From contig JAVZNC010000004.1 in assembly GCA_038882955.1 (NCBI GenBank), forward strand, positions 1 through 64,000: a stretch of DNA of 64,000 bases. The letters run 5' to 3'. Below the pieces are notes generated by a model. It worked only from the letters and a program-made list of their open reading frames with translations. It had not been told where the DNA came from and searched no databases. The stretch is from Candidatus Bathyarchaeia archaeon. Its GTDB lineage: Archaea; Thermoproteota; Bathyarchaeia; Bathyarchaeales; Bathycorpusculaceae. The translations under genes were made by a program, and so were the position numbers. Below, piece after piece: positions 1-9,459 of this stretch (position 1 is its first letter; every line of letters begins with the position of its first letter).

Positions 1-75
1 ACCCTCTATCTGTTGCATGACTCGCCCTTCATCCAATAATTCTAGCTTTCATATATTTTAAGGCGTGGTGAGTCC

Positions 76-210
76 TTACGGGAAGAGTTCAATCTCTTTC
101 TTGGCACCGCATTTGACACAGACAAGCTTAACGTGGGATTTGTTTTCTGTTAGTTCTTCAGCCTTCCATTCGTGGTCGCATTCAGCCCTATTCTCTTTTG
201 CTTCGTTCAT
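76..210 (-). CDS. Small Cys/His zinc-ribbon-like protein (44 aa), absent from the ORF track
   Basis: Manual translation MNEAKENRAECDHEWKAEELTENKSHVKLVCVKCGAKKEIELFP*; CxHxW and CxxCG motifs. Confidence 0.6.
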   Translation of the reverse strand: MNEAKENRAECDHEWKAEELTENKSHVKLVCVKCGAKKEIELFP

Positions 211-386
211 GCGAGTTTCCTCAACTTTAACTTTATATTCAAGAATTTAAATTTATTGTTTTCAAAGCAAGTATGCAACAATTCCTGCACTAACACCAGA
301 AAAGGATGGAGCACACATTGTTGCGCTAGCGTACGCACGGCTCTTGCAAAATGGTTAAGTTAAATCACGACACCTTTACAATTGTG

Positions 387-726
387 ATGAAAAGGGTTAC
401 GGTGGTTATCCGCCAAAGGGAAATAAGCAAGTTTTTCCCTCAAGCCTTTCAACTAACCCTGAAAAAAGAAGCCTCCATAATAGACGCCATAAAAGCCGTT
501 GATGAGGAAATAAGAAGGAAACTTGGCGTTTTTCCCGTAGAGAAATACGAAAGCTTACTTCAAATGGTATATCATCCAACCGAGAATAGATTCTACAAGC
601 AAGTAGCAATTCACGCCAATGTAAAGACTAAACTAATAAATATCAGAGAGAACCCCCACAGCACCGCTGCCAGATGAAACAACAATAATTTTGATACCAG
701 AAAATGGATGTCAAACAGACTGGTAA
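387..726 (+). pseudogene. Beta-grasp (ThiS/MoaD/ubiquitin-like) protein with an apparent frameshift in a C5 run
   Basis: MKRVTV..LTLKKEASIIDAIKAV..; removing one C at 653-657 continues RENP-TAPLPDETTIILIPENGCQTDW* (stop 724-726), which resembles the last strand of a beta-grasp fold. Confidence 0.45.
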
Positions 727-878
727 GAATCCATATAGTTTCACGTAAAACAAATCCTACAAAGAAACTACTAAAGTAAAAATATCTTCTTTTAAGAGAC
801 ACTAACAGAAAATTTTAAGATTTTGGAGGAATATAACATGCTAGAAGTTAATGGTGCATTTACGAAGAGGATAGGGTA

Positions 879-1376
879 ATGCGCGTTAAAGTTTTCGCCG
901 GAATTTTGCTTCTATGCGGCATTTTACTTTTAATAGAGGCGATTAATCTGTATGTTGCTACATCTGGCTTTCCAAACTGGCCTGAAACAAAAGTTCTTTT
1001 CCCTCAGCAGATTGTGCAAATAAAGAGCGATACTATTGAAGGTTGCCTTAGGATTCCCTTTAACGTTACAATAGAAGGACATGTCTACGCAGATGTGGGC
1101 ATACCCAACGGGGGTTATGCATTTACATTTTACGCCCCGTATTTTGAAACGTCTGATGGGCAAATGGTGAACAGTTGGATATTTAAGCCCGGAACATATT
1201 ATCTTGTGGTTCCATTCAAACTTGACCAAGGTCTAAGCTTGCCCTATGAAGTATGGGTTGGTATATATGAAGAAATTAAGATTCCACATCCATTGCTTCC
1301 GTATGGAATAGCATGCTTCATTTCAAGCGTGAGTTGCCTATCAGCCTCTATATACATAGCCGTTAAGCATAAATAA
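879..1376 (+). CDS. Hypothetical membrane protein (N- and C-terminal TM helices)
   Basis: 165-aa ORF with hydrophobic ends. Confidence 0.65.
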   Translation: MRVKVFAGILLLCGILLLIEAINLYVATSGFPNWPETKVLFPQQIVQIKSDTIEGCLRIPFNVTIEGHVYADVGIPNGGYAFTFYAPYFETSDGQMVNSWIFKPGTYYLVVPFKLDQGLSLPYEVWVGIYEEIKIPHPLLPYGIACFISSVSCLSASIYIAVKHK

Positions 1377-1519
1377 AACTATCAAACCGCTCCACTCGAT
1401 ATCAGAGTCATGTGGACGTAGAAAGATGAAAATGGACGGTTCTCGAGTGAATCATAACTTTAAAGTATGGATAAGCTCTTATTGTATTTGAAAACTGTGC
1501 ATTAAAGTGGTGTTGGTGC

Positions 1520-2032
1520 GTGTATAAGGTTCGGTTTGCATCTGCAGATGATGTTAAAAAACTGGTAAAATGTTACGTTGAGATATGGAAAAGTCTTGGT
1601 GAATGGTTACCTGAGTCGGTTATAAATCCTGAACTAGATGATCTACTTAAACCCGAAACGGTGGAAAGGTTAAAACAGCAAGTTGAAGATGCGAACTCGA
1701 TATTTTTAGTTGCGGAGAGTCTGGGGAAGATTATAGGATTGGCTCAGGGGAGGGTGTATACAGGTGTTTGTCAGCTCGGTTTCCTGGGTGTGAGAAAGGA
1801 GTTTAGAGGTAGAGGTGTTGGTGAAAGTTTACTTCATACATTTATTGAGGAAGCAAGGAAAAGAAAAACCCAGAAGGTTTGGCTTTATACATCGCCTACA
1901 CTCTTACCAGCAATAAAACTTTACATAAAAAATGGCTTTATTCCAGAAGGTTATCTGAGAAAGCATTTCCATGGCTCAGACCTCATAATCTACAGCAAAT
2001 TTCTATCAGAAGAAGGCAAAAAACAAAATTAA
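1520..2032 (+). CDS. GNAT family N-acetyltransferase
   Basis: VRKEFRGRGVGESLL acetyl-CoA motif A; AIKLYIKNGF. Confidence 0.9.
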   Translation: MYKVRFASADDVKKLVKCYVEIWKSLGEWLPESVINPELDDLLKPETVERLKQQVEDANSIFLVAESLGKIIGLAQGRVYTGVCQLGFLGVRKEFRGRGVGESLLHTFIEEARKRKTQKVWLYTSPTLLPAIKLYIKNGFIPEGYLRKHFHGSDLIIYSKFLSEEGKKQN

Positions 2033-2181
2033 ACTTAGTATGTTTTAAGATCCACTTATGTTCCTTAGGAGACAATAAAAGAACATGGTTGAAGTGACCC
2101 TGCTTCTTGAGAATAGCAGAAACTTTAACAAAGACTTGTGAATCATTGATGGTGAGGCAACATGAAAATTGGAGGATTATC

Positions 2182-2967
2182 ATGGCAATTTATGATCAAC
2201 CCTTATATTACGAGGTAGCTTTCAGTTTTTTCGATCCTAGCAGGCAAGTAGACTGTTTTGAAGAAATTATCTCGAGGTTCAGCAGGGTTAAGGTTCATCG
2301 GTTCTTGGACGTAGCTTGTGGGCCGAGTTTGCAGTTGAGGGAGATTGCAAGAAGAGGGTATGAGGCTGTTGGATTAGATACAAGCAAGGAGATGCTTGAA
2401 TATCTGCGCACCAAGGCCCAAGAAGAAGGCTTAAAGATAGAAACGGTTCACGCCGACATGACCAGTTTCAGGTTAAGGAAAAAGGTTGACTATGCTTTTA
2501 TAATGATGGGCTCCTTTGCCTTTAAGTCAAATGAGGATATGCTTAGGCATTTAGATTCCGTTGCAGCTTCGCTAAATAAGGGCAGCTTATATTTCATTCA
2601 AAACTTTGGGGTCAACTGGAAAGTTGATTGGACTAAAGCTCGGAAACAAAGCTGGGAAATGGAAAAAGATGGAATAAAAGTGAAAACAACCTATGAAACA
2701 CTCGTAAAGGATATTATAAACCAAATCGTCACAGAAAAAATAACATTTGACGTTGACGATCATGGACTGAAACGCACATTCACGCATGAAGAGGACTTAA
2801 AGCTGGTTTTTCCACAAGAATTTAAACTGCTCATTAAGTTACATAACAAGTTTGAATTTCTCGGCTGGTGGAGGGGTAATGCTGACTGGTGGTATTTAGA
2901 CCAGCCCCTTGAACAAACTGAAGAATCAAAACTCGATATTAACATGGTCCTTCTTAGAAAGAAGTAG
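2182..2967 (+). CDS. Class I SAM-dependent methyltransferase
   Basis: FLDVACGPS motif I, GLDTS, HADMT; start placed at ATG 2182 after GGAGG. Confidence 0.88.
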   Translation: MAIYDQPLYYEVAFSFFDPSRQVDCFEEIISRFSRVKVHRFLDVACGPSLQLREIARRGYEAVGLDTSKEMLEYLRTKAQEEGLKIETVHADMTSFRLRKKVDYAFIMMGSFAFKSNEDMLRHLDSVAASLNKGSLYFIQNFGVNWKVDWTKARKQSWEMEKDGIKVKTTYETLVKDIINQIVTEKITFDVDDHGLKRTFTHEEDLKLVFPQEFKLLIKLHNKFEFLGWWRGNADWWYLDQPLEQTEESKLDINMVLLRKK

Positions 2968-3169
2968 GTTAGGTTGTTATGATTAATTCATGCTTGCTAA
3001 TTACTTTCTACCACTTGTTTAGCATGTGCTCTCTTCTCTTTTTACTTTCCATTAATAACGTCTAACGGAAAATCTTGGTTCCCCTGCTATAAACTCGAAG
3101 AGGAAACTTGCGAAACATCTTTAATACAGGAATTGAAGTTCAAATTCCCTTGGAACCTCATCCATTTGG

Positions 3170-4582
3170 TTGCAAACTCTTATACGACCGCTATTTTTTC
3201 AAAAGCCTTATTTTTCAATTTGTGCATCTTTTCTTGAGAGGTTTGGAAAGTTGAGGAGAATTAGTTTAGGTCTTTTTATGATTTTGTTGTGTTTTGGTTT
3301 TCTGGTGTTTTCATTCGGTGTCCTGCCAGCCGGAGCTTTCAATCGAACTTCCTATGCTCAACTTTATGGCTTGGTCGGCTATTGGAGCTTCGATGAAGGC
3401 TCAGGTACAGCAGCCAAAGATGGCTCCGGTAACAACAATAACGCGACCCTGCATGGCGCTTCATGGACGAAAGGGAAAGCATGGAGCGCCTTGAACTTTG
3501 ATGGACTCAATGATTACGTTGATTGCGGAAACAATGAAACACTTGACCCGATACAGGGAGCTACTATCGAAGCTTGGGTCAACTTTGGTTGTTTGCCATC
3601 TGTTGCAGGACATACCATGGAAATTGCAAGTAGATCTGGCGCAAGTACTGACTTGGATTTGCAGGCGGAGACCGACAACAGATTCAAATTCTATATTGGA
3701 CCTGGAGTAGTTGTGGCATCGAATACGGTAGTTGAGATTGGCAGGTGGTATCATGTTGCAGCAACATACCAAGCTTACAACTGCACAAGAATGTACGTTA
3801 ATGGCATATTAGAAAAAACAACTTCAATAAATCTGGCAAGAGGTACAAATCCCAACAGTTTCTCTATAGGAGAAAGTTTGGTCTGGCGCGGAAGATATTT
3901 CAACGGCACAATAGACGAAGTCAAAGTCTACAATAGGCCCTTGTCTGCTGAGGAGGTTTGGTCTGAATACACACGCAATTGCGTATCGATCTCACCTTCG
4001 TACGGCGTTATGGATGTCGGTCAATCTCAACAGTTCGATTCAAGTGTCTCCGGTGGTGCATTTCCATATAACTACCAGTGGTATCTCAACGATGCGCCAG
4101 TCTCAGGCGCTACAGACGCCTCGTGGACGTTAACGCCGTCAACTCCGGGCTCCTACATCGTCTATCTGAACGTTACTGATGCAACAGACGCTTCTGCAAC
4201 GTCCAACACCGCCACTATTTCGGTGAATGAAGCGCTTCGCGTTACGATTTCGCCTACATCAGTCACCATGAACGTTACTGAGTCCCAACTGTTCATAGCC
4301 GAGGTTTCAGGTGGCACACCTCCATACTCCTTCCAATGGTATTTGAATGACACTGCAGTTCCCGGAGCTAATAGCACCACATGGACGTTCACGCCTGATT
4401 CGGTAGGTAACTACACGATATACGTAAGAGTCAACGATGCAGTAAGCTCAACTGCAGTTCCAGCAGAAGTGGGATCGGTCGTTGTGATTGTAGAATTCCA
4501 ACCATCGATGCTACTTTTCCTATTCATGATAATCACACTGCTCTGCGCGGTTATCTTTAAGAAAAAAGGTCAAACTCGCTGA
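3170..4582 (+). CDS. Secreted/surface protein: LamG (concanavalin A-like) domain, two Ig-like repeats and a C-terminal anchor
   Basis: LVGYWSFDEGSG..ALNFDG..WYHVAAT..FNGTIDEVKVYNRPLS; repeated SGGxxPYxxQWYLND; VEF-TM-KKK tail; true start probably downstream. Confidence 0.85.
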   Translation: MQTLIRPLFFQKPYFSICASFLERFGKLRRISLGLFMILLCFGFLVFSFGVLPAGAFNRTSYAQLYGLVGYWSFDEGSGTAAKDGSGNNNNATLHGASWTKGKAWSALNFDGLNDYVDCGNNETLDPIQGATIEAWVNFGCLPSVAGHTMEIASRSGASTDLDLQAETDNRFKFYIGPGVVVASNTVVEIGRWYHVAATYQAYNCTRMYVNGILEKTTSINLARGTNPNSFSIGESLVWRGRYFNGTIDEVKVYNRPLSAEEVWSEYTRNCVSISPSYGVMDVGQSQQFDSSVSGGAFPYNYQWYLNDAPVSGATDASWTLTPSTPGSYIVYLNVTDATDASATSNTATISVNEALRVTISPTSVTMNVTESQLFIAEVSGGTPPYSFQWYLNDTAVPGANSTTWTFTPDSVGNYTIYVRVNDAVSSTAVPAEVGSVVVIVEFQPSMLLFLFMIITLLCAVIFKKKGQTR

Positions 4583-4918
4583 TTTCGCATTGCACACAGA
4601 TTTATGTTCCCAAAAGTACAGCGCTAGAGAAAGTTTGCGCACGCATAGACTTGAACGCGTATATTTGCTTGAATAAAGTAACAGGTTTGCACCTGGAAAA
4701 GCTCGTGGGATGGCAAGGTGGCTACAAGTTCGCATCAAACCAATTATAGACGCAGCATTCTTGGAATAAACAACAACTTATAAAACCGCGAATGATTGAA
4801 GCCCAAATAGGCAGAAGGTTCAAAGTTGACAGCGTTAATGCAAAAAGGCTGTATATAAAGCGCGGTTTGAAGTTTTTGAAAATTTTCTAATAGTTATTTT
4901 TCTGGCTTGTCTGTTAAC

Positions 4919-5028
4919 GTGAATTAACAGAACATCCTTCATCATGGATTTCTAAGCGAGGGGGCGGTTTTTCTAACAGGAAAAACAGAAAAAATGCCGA
5001 AGTGAAAATGCAATGAGAGTATAAGTAT
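4919..5028. repeat. Left arm of an imperfect ~110-bp inverted repeat
   Basis: gtgaattaacagaacat (4919-4935), ggcggtttttct (4963-4974) and agagtataagtat (5016-5028) are matched in reverse complement at 5721-5830. Confidence 0.8.
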
Positions 5029-5123
5029 TGTTGAGGCTTATTCTCTATAATAGTATATTATTATTTACTAGTGTGGAGGGGAGGGGGTATCGCGGTTTTC
5101 TATTTTTCTAATGGGAAACTCTT

Positions 5124-5630
5124 ATGCCTCGTCCAAAAAAGTATGTGGATGCGGAGCCGCATTGCTTTCATGTTGACCACCAAGTCTACGCTAAACTTAA
5201 GCAGATACTAATGGAGAAGTTTGGCAGATCCGTAAGTGAAGAGGTTAATGACTTATTGCGGAAGCGTTTAGCAGAGCTTGAGGGCACACAGCCACCTGCC
5301 TATGAGACTGCTGACTATGAGAATCTGAAGCGTGAATATGCCAAGCTCTTTGACGAGGTTGAACGCCTTAAGACAGCGCTCAAGAAGCTCGGATGTTACG
5401 ACGAACTAATAGACCTGGTTCGCGAGTTGGGCTTAGACTTTGGCGATTTACACAACATGTGGGATATTGTGCCAAAACTTATGCAAAGCTGGGAAGACCG
5501 CGGACAAGCCCACCAGTTCATCAGCCTAATGGAAAAGGCCAAAAAGAAAAAAGAACTAGAACGCAAACTCACAGAAACTAGAATGGCGATTTCGCAGAAA
5601 ACCCAAACAAACAGAGGCCCCGCATCTTAG
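5124..5630 (+). CDS. Putative ribbon-helix-helix DNA-binding protein with a coiled-coil C-terminus
   Basis: MPRPKK..FHVDHQVYAKLKQI..RSVSEEVNDLLRK fits the CopG/RHH strand-helix-helix pattern. Confidence 0.6.
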   Translation: MPRPKKYVDAEPHCFHVDHQVYAKLKQILMEKFGRSVSEEVNDLLRKRLAELEGTQPPAYETADYENLKREYAKLFDEVERLKTALKKLGCYDELIDLVRELGLDFGDLHNMWDIVPKLMQSWEDRGQAHQFISLMEKAKKKKELERKLTETRMAISQKTQTNRGPAS

Positions 5631-5720
5631 ACTATTAAAAATTTGCCCCTGGGCAAAAAGCCCAACACATAGAAATGTGGTTTTAGGTTTCCTCCCCAAG
5701 TGTAGTATGTAAGAAATTAT

Positions 5721-5830
5721 ATACTTATACTCTTACTGTTTCGCTGTTTTTGCTTTTTGGAACGTTTTTCTATTCAGAAAATCCCGCCTGCCAGTCTTAA
5801 GTCGTGGAAGATTATGTTCTGTTAATCCAC
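5721..5830. repeat. Right arm of the imperfect ~110-bp inverted repeat
   Basis: atacttatactct (5721-5733, 13/13), agaaaatcccgcc (5776-5788), atgttctgttaatccac (5814-5830, 16/17). Confidence 0.8.
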
Positions 5831-5919
5831 AAATAGTTTTCCTTAAGCCCCAACCTAGACAACAACGCTTAGAAACTTTTTCCGTAAAACCTTAATATAA
5901 CACGCGAAAAATCCACTTA

Positions 5920-5942
5920 TTCAAATCCCGCACCCCGCGCCA
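5920..5942 (+). mobile_element. Orphan tRNA 3' fragment, putative att site of an integrated element lying to the left
   Basis: ttcaaat-cccgc-accccgc-g-cca = T-loop, T-stem 3' strand, acceptor 3' strand, discriminator, CCA; no 5' half upstream. Confidence 0.7.
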
Positions 5943-6053
5943 ATTTAAAAGGGGGTTTCTTGAACGTTTAGGGGTATTAGCGAAATTGTTTGAGTTTTCG
6001 GGTTGATATGTTTTGGTTTTGAGAATATGCCTTAAAAGTGTTTTTTCTTTGGT

Positions 6054-6830
6054 ATGTTTGGGGATTTGATGGGGGAGAAGGCTGCTCGTGTGTTTTTCTT
6101 GACTTTGTTTATTGTGGGTTATGGGGCTTTTTTGTGCGGGTTTGCTGGGGCTTGTAGGCCGCCGTGTATAAGGGTTTTGTCTCCAGAAGATGGCGTCATC
6201 TATGCTGTAAAGGATGTTCCGTTGATTTTTACTGTTGATAAGGTGGTTTCTTGGATTGGTTATTCTTTGGATGGGCAAGCGAACGTTACGGTTTTTGGGA
6301 ATGCGACGCTAACAGGGCTTGCGGATGGAGCGCATTGCGTTATTGTTTATGCGAATGACACTTTTGGCAGGATGGGTGCTTCACGTGAAGTCTGTTTTTA
6401 TGTTGATACTTTGCCGCCTAACATAACGGATATATGCCAATTTCCGTCAGCAGAAAATGTTTTTCCAGAAGATATTGTAGGAGTTAACGCTACAGTTACG
6501 GATGACGTGAGTGGTGTAAAGCGGGTTACGCTGTTTTATGCTCATGCAAACGCTAGTGGTGTGTGGATTAGCGTTGTTAACATGGTGAATGTTGAGGGAG
6601 AAGTCTGGAGCGCCGCCATACCTAGCTTCCCGTATTGTACGAACGTTACATACGCTATTGAAGCTGAAGATAACGTGGGCAACATCGCAACAACAGCAGA
6701 GATTGAATACGTCATACAATACCATGTAATTCCAGAATTTCCATCAGCTATTATTCTGACAATGTCAATGCTTGTCGTAGCAACGCTGTTAACCATTTTG
6801 TTCCGTAAGAGAAAGCAGTGTAAAACTTAA
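6054..6830 (+). CDS. Secreted Ig-like domain protein with a PEF-CTERM-like sorting signal
   Basis: Signal peptide; YSLDG..N..GLADGAH..VYANDTFG; IPEF-TM-RKRK tail. Confidence 0.8.
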   Translation: MFGDLMGEKAARVFFLTLFIVGYGAFLCGFAGACRPPCIRVLSPEDGVIYAVKDVPLIFTVDKVVSWIGYSLDGQANVTVFGNATLTGLADGAHCVIVYANDTFGRMGASREVCFYVDTLPPNITDICQFPSAENVFPEDIVGVNATVTDDVSGVKRVTLFYAHANASGVWISVVNMVNVEGEVWSAAIPSFPYCTNVTYAIEAEDNVGNIATTAEIEYVIQYHVIPEFPSAIILTMSMLVVATLLTILFRKRKQCKT

Positions 6831-6868
6831 TGGCAAGTTGAAACCAATAATAGTTTTGGTGCTGCCTG

Positions 6869-7429
6869 ATGGGCGTGTTTGAGGCAGTCCAGCGTAGGCG
6901 TTCAGTTCGCGCTTATGATTCAACTCCTGTTCCAAAAGATAAGCTTATGAAGATTCTTGAGGCTGCGCGGTTGGCGCCTTCCGCTGGTAATGTCCAGCCT
7001 TGGCATTTTGTGGTTGTAACAAACTTTGAGAAGAAGTGGAGAATAGCCCAAAGTGGGCGTTTTGCACGTTTTCTTGCTGAATCTCCAGTGGTGATTGTTG
7101 GTTGTGGAGATGAAAGGGCTTCGCCGAGATGGCATGTTGTTGATGTTGCAATAGCCATGCAGAACATCGTTTTAACAGCCACAAGCGAAGGTCTGGGAAC
7201 TTGCTGGATTGGGGACTTTGACGAGAAACTCGTTAAGGAGCTTTTACGTATTCCAGAAAGCTACCGTGTTATAGCTTTGTTAGCTGTTGGATATTCACGT
7301 AAAAAGTTTGACGTTCAAGGCAAGGTGCTTCACCTAATCAGAAGAAGAAAGAAGCTGAAAGACATTGTGAGTTTCGAAGAATTTGGAGCAAAAGACCGAG
7401 ACTACCTTTTAAACAAGCAAATGGTTTAA
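6869..7429 (+). CDS. Nitroreductase family protein
   Basis: RRSVRAY, APSAGNVQPWHFVVV, GLGTCWIG. Confidence 0.93.
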   Translation: MGVFEAVQRRRSVRAYDSTPVPKDKLMKILEAARLAPSAGNVQPWHFVVVTNFEKKWRIAQSGRFARFLAESPVVIVGCGDERASPRWHVVDVAIAMQNIVLTATSEGLGTCWIGDFDEKLVKELLRIPESYRVIALLAVGYSRKKFDVQGKVLHLIRRRKKLKDIVSFEEFGAKDRDYLLNKQMV

Positions 7430-8302
7430 GTTCATAAAATCTTTCGAAATTACCGCCCTGACACCCTTCTTTGGATCTACAACCTGATTTATCTCCAAGT
7501 TCACAGCTAGGCTTCCAAACATATACGCCTTCTCAAAGGACCATCCATACCTACGCATAAAAGCATTTATGGCAGCTTCAGACGCGTATCTCGCTGCTTC
7601 ATCCAATGTTTCTCCGCAAGCCAAAAGTGCATACGTGTTTCTCGTTTCTAAGATTGGCCATTCTGGCTTTTTTCCCTTTATCACGTCGAATTTTAGTAGT
7701 ATTTTGCCAGCCACTTCCACTGATGATACGCATAGTTCTCCGTCTGCTTGGGCAGCGTGCACGTCGCCGGCAGCAAATAATGCTCCCTCTGTGAACACTG
7801 GCAAGTATAGCCTAGTGTTTGCGGTTATTCCTTTAAAGTCCATGTTTCCGCCGTGTCTTCCAAGAGAGCCCGTTGGAATTTCACCCGATTCTGGCGCTGC
7901 GCCTATTGTGCCTATCATTGGTTTCGCTTCAACTTCGAGATCGTCAAAGTGTATGTAGCCATCTCTTATTTTGACGATTTTCGTGTAAGGGTTAAATTTT
8001 TTGTCGCCTAGTATTCCGCTCTTCGGTATGACAACCATAACGCCTTCATCTTCAATTTTCAAATCCAAAATTTCAACAACTAGCGTGTCTCCTGGACTTG
8101 CGTTTTTGATGAATATTGGTCCAGTCGCACCATCAACTTTTGTCCAGTCTAGGTTGTCTATGGAGTCTTTTTCGCTTCTTATTTGTCCGCCTAAGGCGTC
8201 TTCTGTTTCAAGTAAAACTGTTTCTTCTGGTTTGACTTTTAGGACTGGTTTATGTTTTGGTGAAAAAGCGTATATCACGTTACTTTTTGGAACTTTCTTC
8301 AT
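7409..8302 (-). CDS. Acetamidase/formamidase family protein
   Basis: TGPIFI..A.PGDTL, HGGNMD, GDVHAAQADGE. Confidence 0.9.
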   Translation of the reverse strand: MKKVPKSNVIYAFSPKHKPVLKVKPEETVLLETEDALGGQIRSEKDSIDNLDWTKVDGATGPIFIKNASPGDTLVVEILDLKIEDEGVMVVIPKSGILGDKKFNPYTKIVKIRDGYIHFDDLEVEAKPMIGTIGAAPESGEIPTGSLGRHGGNMDFKGITANTRLYLPVFTEGALFAAGDVHAAQADGELCVSSVEVAGKILLKFDVIKGKKPEWPILETRNTYALLACGETLDEAARYASEAAINAFMRRYGWSFEKAYMFGSLAVNLEINQVVDPKKGVRAVISKDFMNLNHLLV

Positions 8303-8535
8303 ATAGTCCGCTCCTACTTTTCGTTATTGTAGATTCATTTTTGCTTTCCCGTATTTTTGCTTTTCAAGGTTTATCAGTTATGGTCAAGCCCTTCATTCTT
8401 CTGGGGCAAGTCTGCTAGAGGCATCGGCATAAATTCTGTTGGGATTCTAATTTAAACTAAAGATGTAGAATCATATTTTGGACTATGTAAATCATTTATA
8501 TGATTAAAATTAATATTCACAAGACAGTGGACTGT

Positions 8536-9453
8536 ATGCTTGTTACTAATAGGGAGTTACTGTTAAAGGCTCGAAGCGGGGCGTATGCAGTAGGCGCTTT
8601 TAACATTCAGAATCTTGAAAGTTTTTTGGCTGTTTTTGAGGCTGCCGTTGAGGAGAAATCGCCAATTATAGTTGCCATTACGCCAAGCGCAATAAAATAC
8701 GGCGGTTTAGCCTACCTATCAAAAATTGTTAGAACCGCTGCTGAGTCCGCTTCTATTCCAATGTCGCTTCACCTTGACCACGGGGAGGACTTTGAAACCG
8801 TTTCGCGTTGCATCGAGGCTGGCTTCACTTCGGTTATGATTGACGGCTCATTCCTAAAGTTTGAGGACAATGTTGCCATTACAAGGAGTGTTGTTGATTT
8901 TGCGCATTCGCGCGGCGTTTCTGTTGAGGCTGAGCTTGGTAGGCTTGCTGGTTTCGAAGAGAAGACTGTTGAGGAGAAAGAAGCGGTTTTAACAGACCCT
9001 GACGCCGCGCATAATTTTGTTAGGCAAACTGGCGTTGACGCTCTTGCAGTGGCTATAGGGACTTCGCATGGCGCCTACAAGTTTAGGGGCGAACCCAGAC
9101 TTGACTTTGAAAGGTTGAAGCGCATAAGGGAGAAAGTTGATGTGCCGCTTGTTTTACATGGCGCTTCAAGCGTTCCGCAGTGGATTATTGAGAAAGCCCA
9201 AAAGTATGGTGCTGAACTTGGAGGGGCAAGGGGCATACCAGAAGAGCATATAACGAAGGCAATAGCGTTGGGCATAACTAAAATAAACATAGACACTGAC
9301 TTGCGGCTTGCTTTTACTGCCACAATACGTGAGGTTTTGGCAAAATCGCCGAAGGAGTTTGACCCTAGAAAGATTTTGGGTCCAGCGAAAGAGGCTATGA
9401 AAGAGGTTGTTAAGGGTAAAATGCGCCTTTTCGGGAGTTCTGGCAAAGCCTAG
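8536..9453 (+). CDS. fba: Class II fructose-1,6-bisphosphate aldolase
   Basis: YAVGAFN, LHLDHG, SVMIDGS, GTSHGAYK, LVLHGAS, KINIDTD. Confidence 0.95.
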   Translation: MLVTNRELLLKARSGAYAVGAFNIQNLESFLAVFEAAVEEKSPIIVAITPSAIKYGGLAYLSKIVRTAAESASIPMSLHLDHGEDFETVSRCIEAGFTSVMIDGSFLKFEDNVAITRSVVDFAHSRGVSVEAELGRLAGFEEKTVEEKEAVLTDPDAAHNFVRQTGVDALAVAIGTSHGAYKFRGEPRLDFERLKRIREKVDVPLVLHGASSVPQWIIEKAQKYGAELGGARGIPEEHITKAIALGITKINIDTDLRLAFTATIREVLAKSPKEFDPRKILGPAKEAMKEVVKGKMRLFGSSGKA

Positions 9454-9459
9454 TTTTGG

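Noticed and set aside
4850-5900. IS element or chromosomal oriC interpretation of the inverted repeats
   Set aside because: No transposase, target-site duplication, cdc6/orc1 gene or canonical ORB consensus is visible
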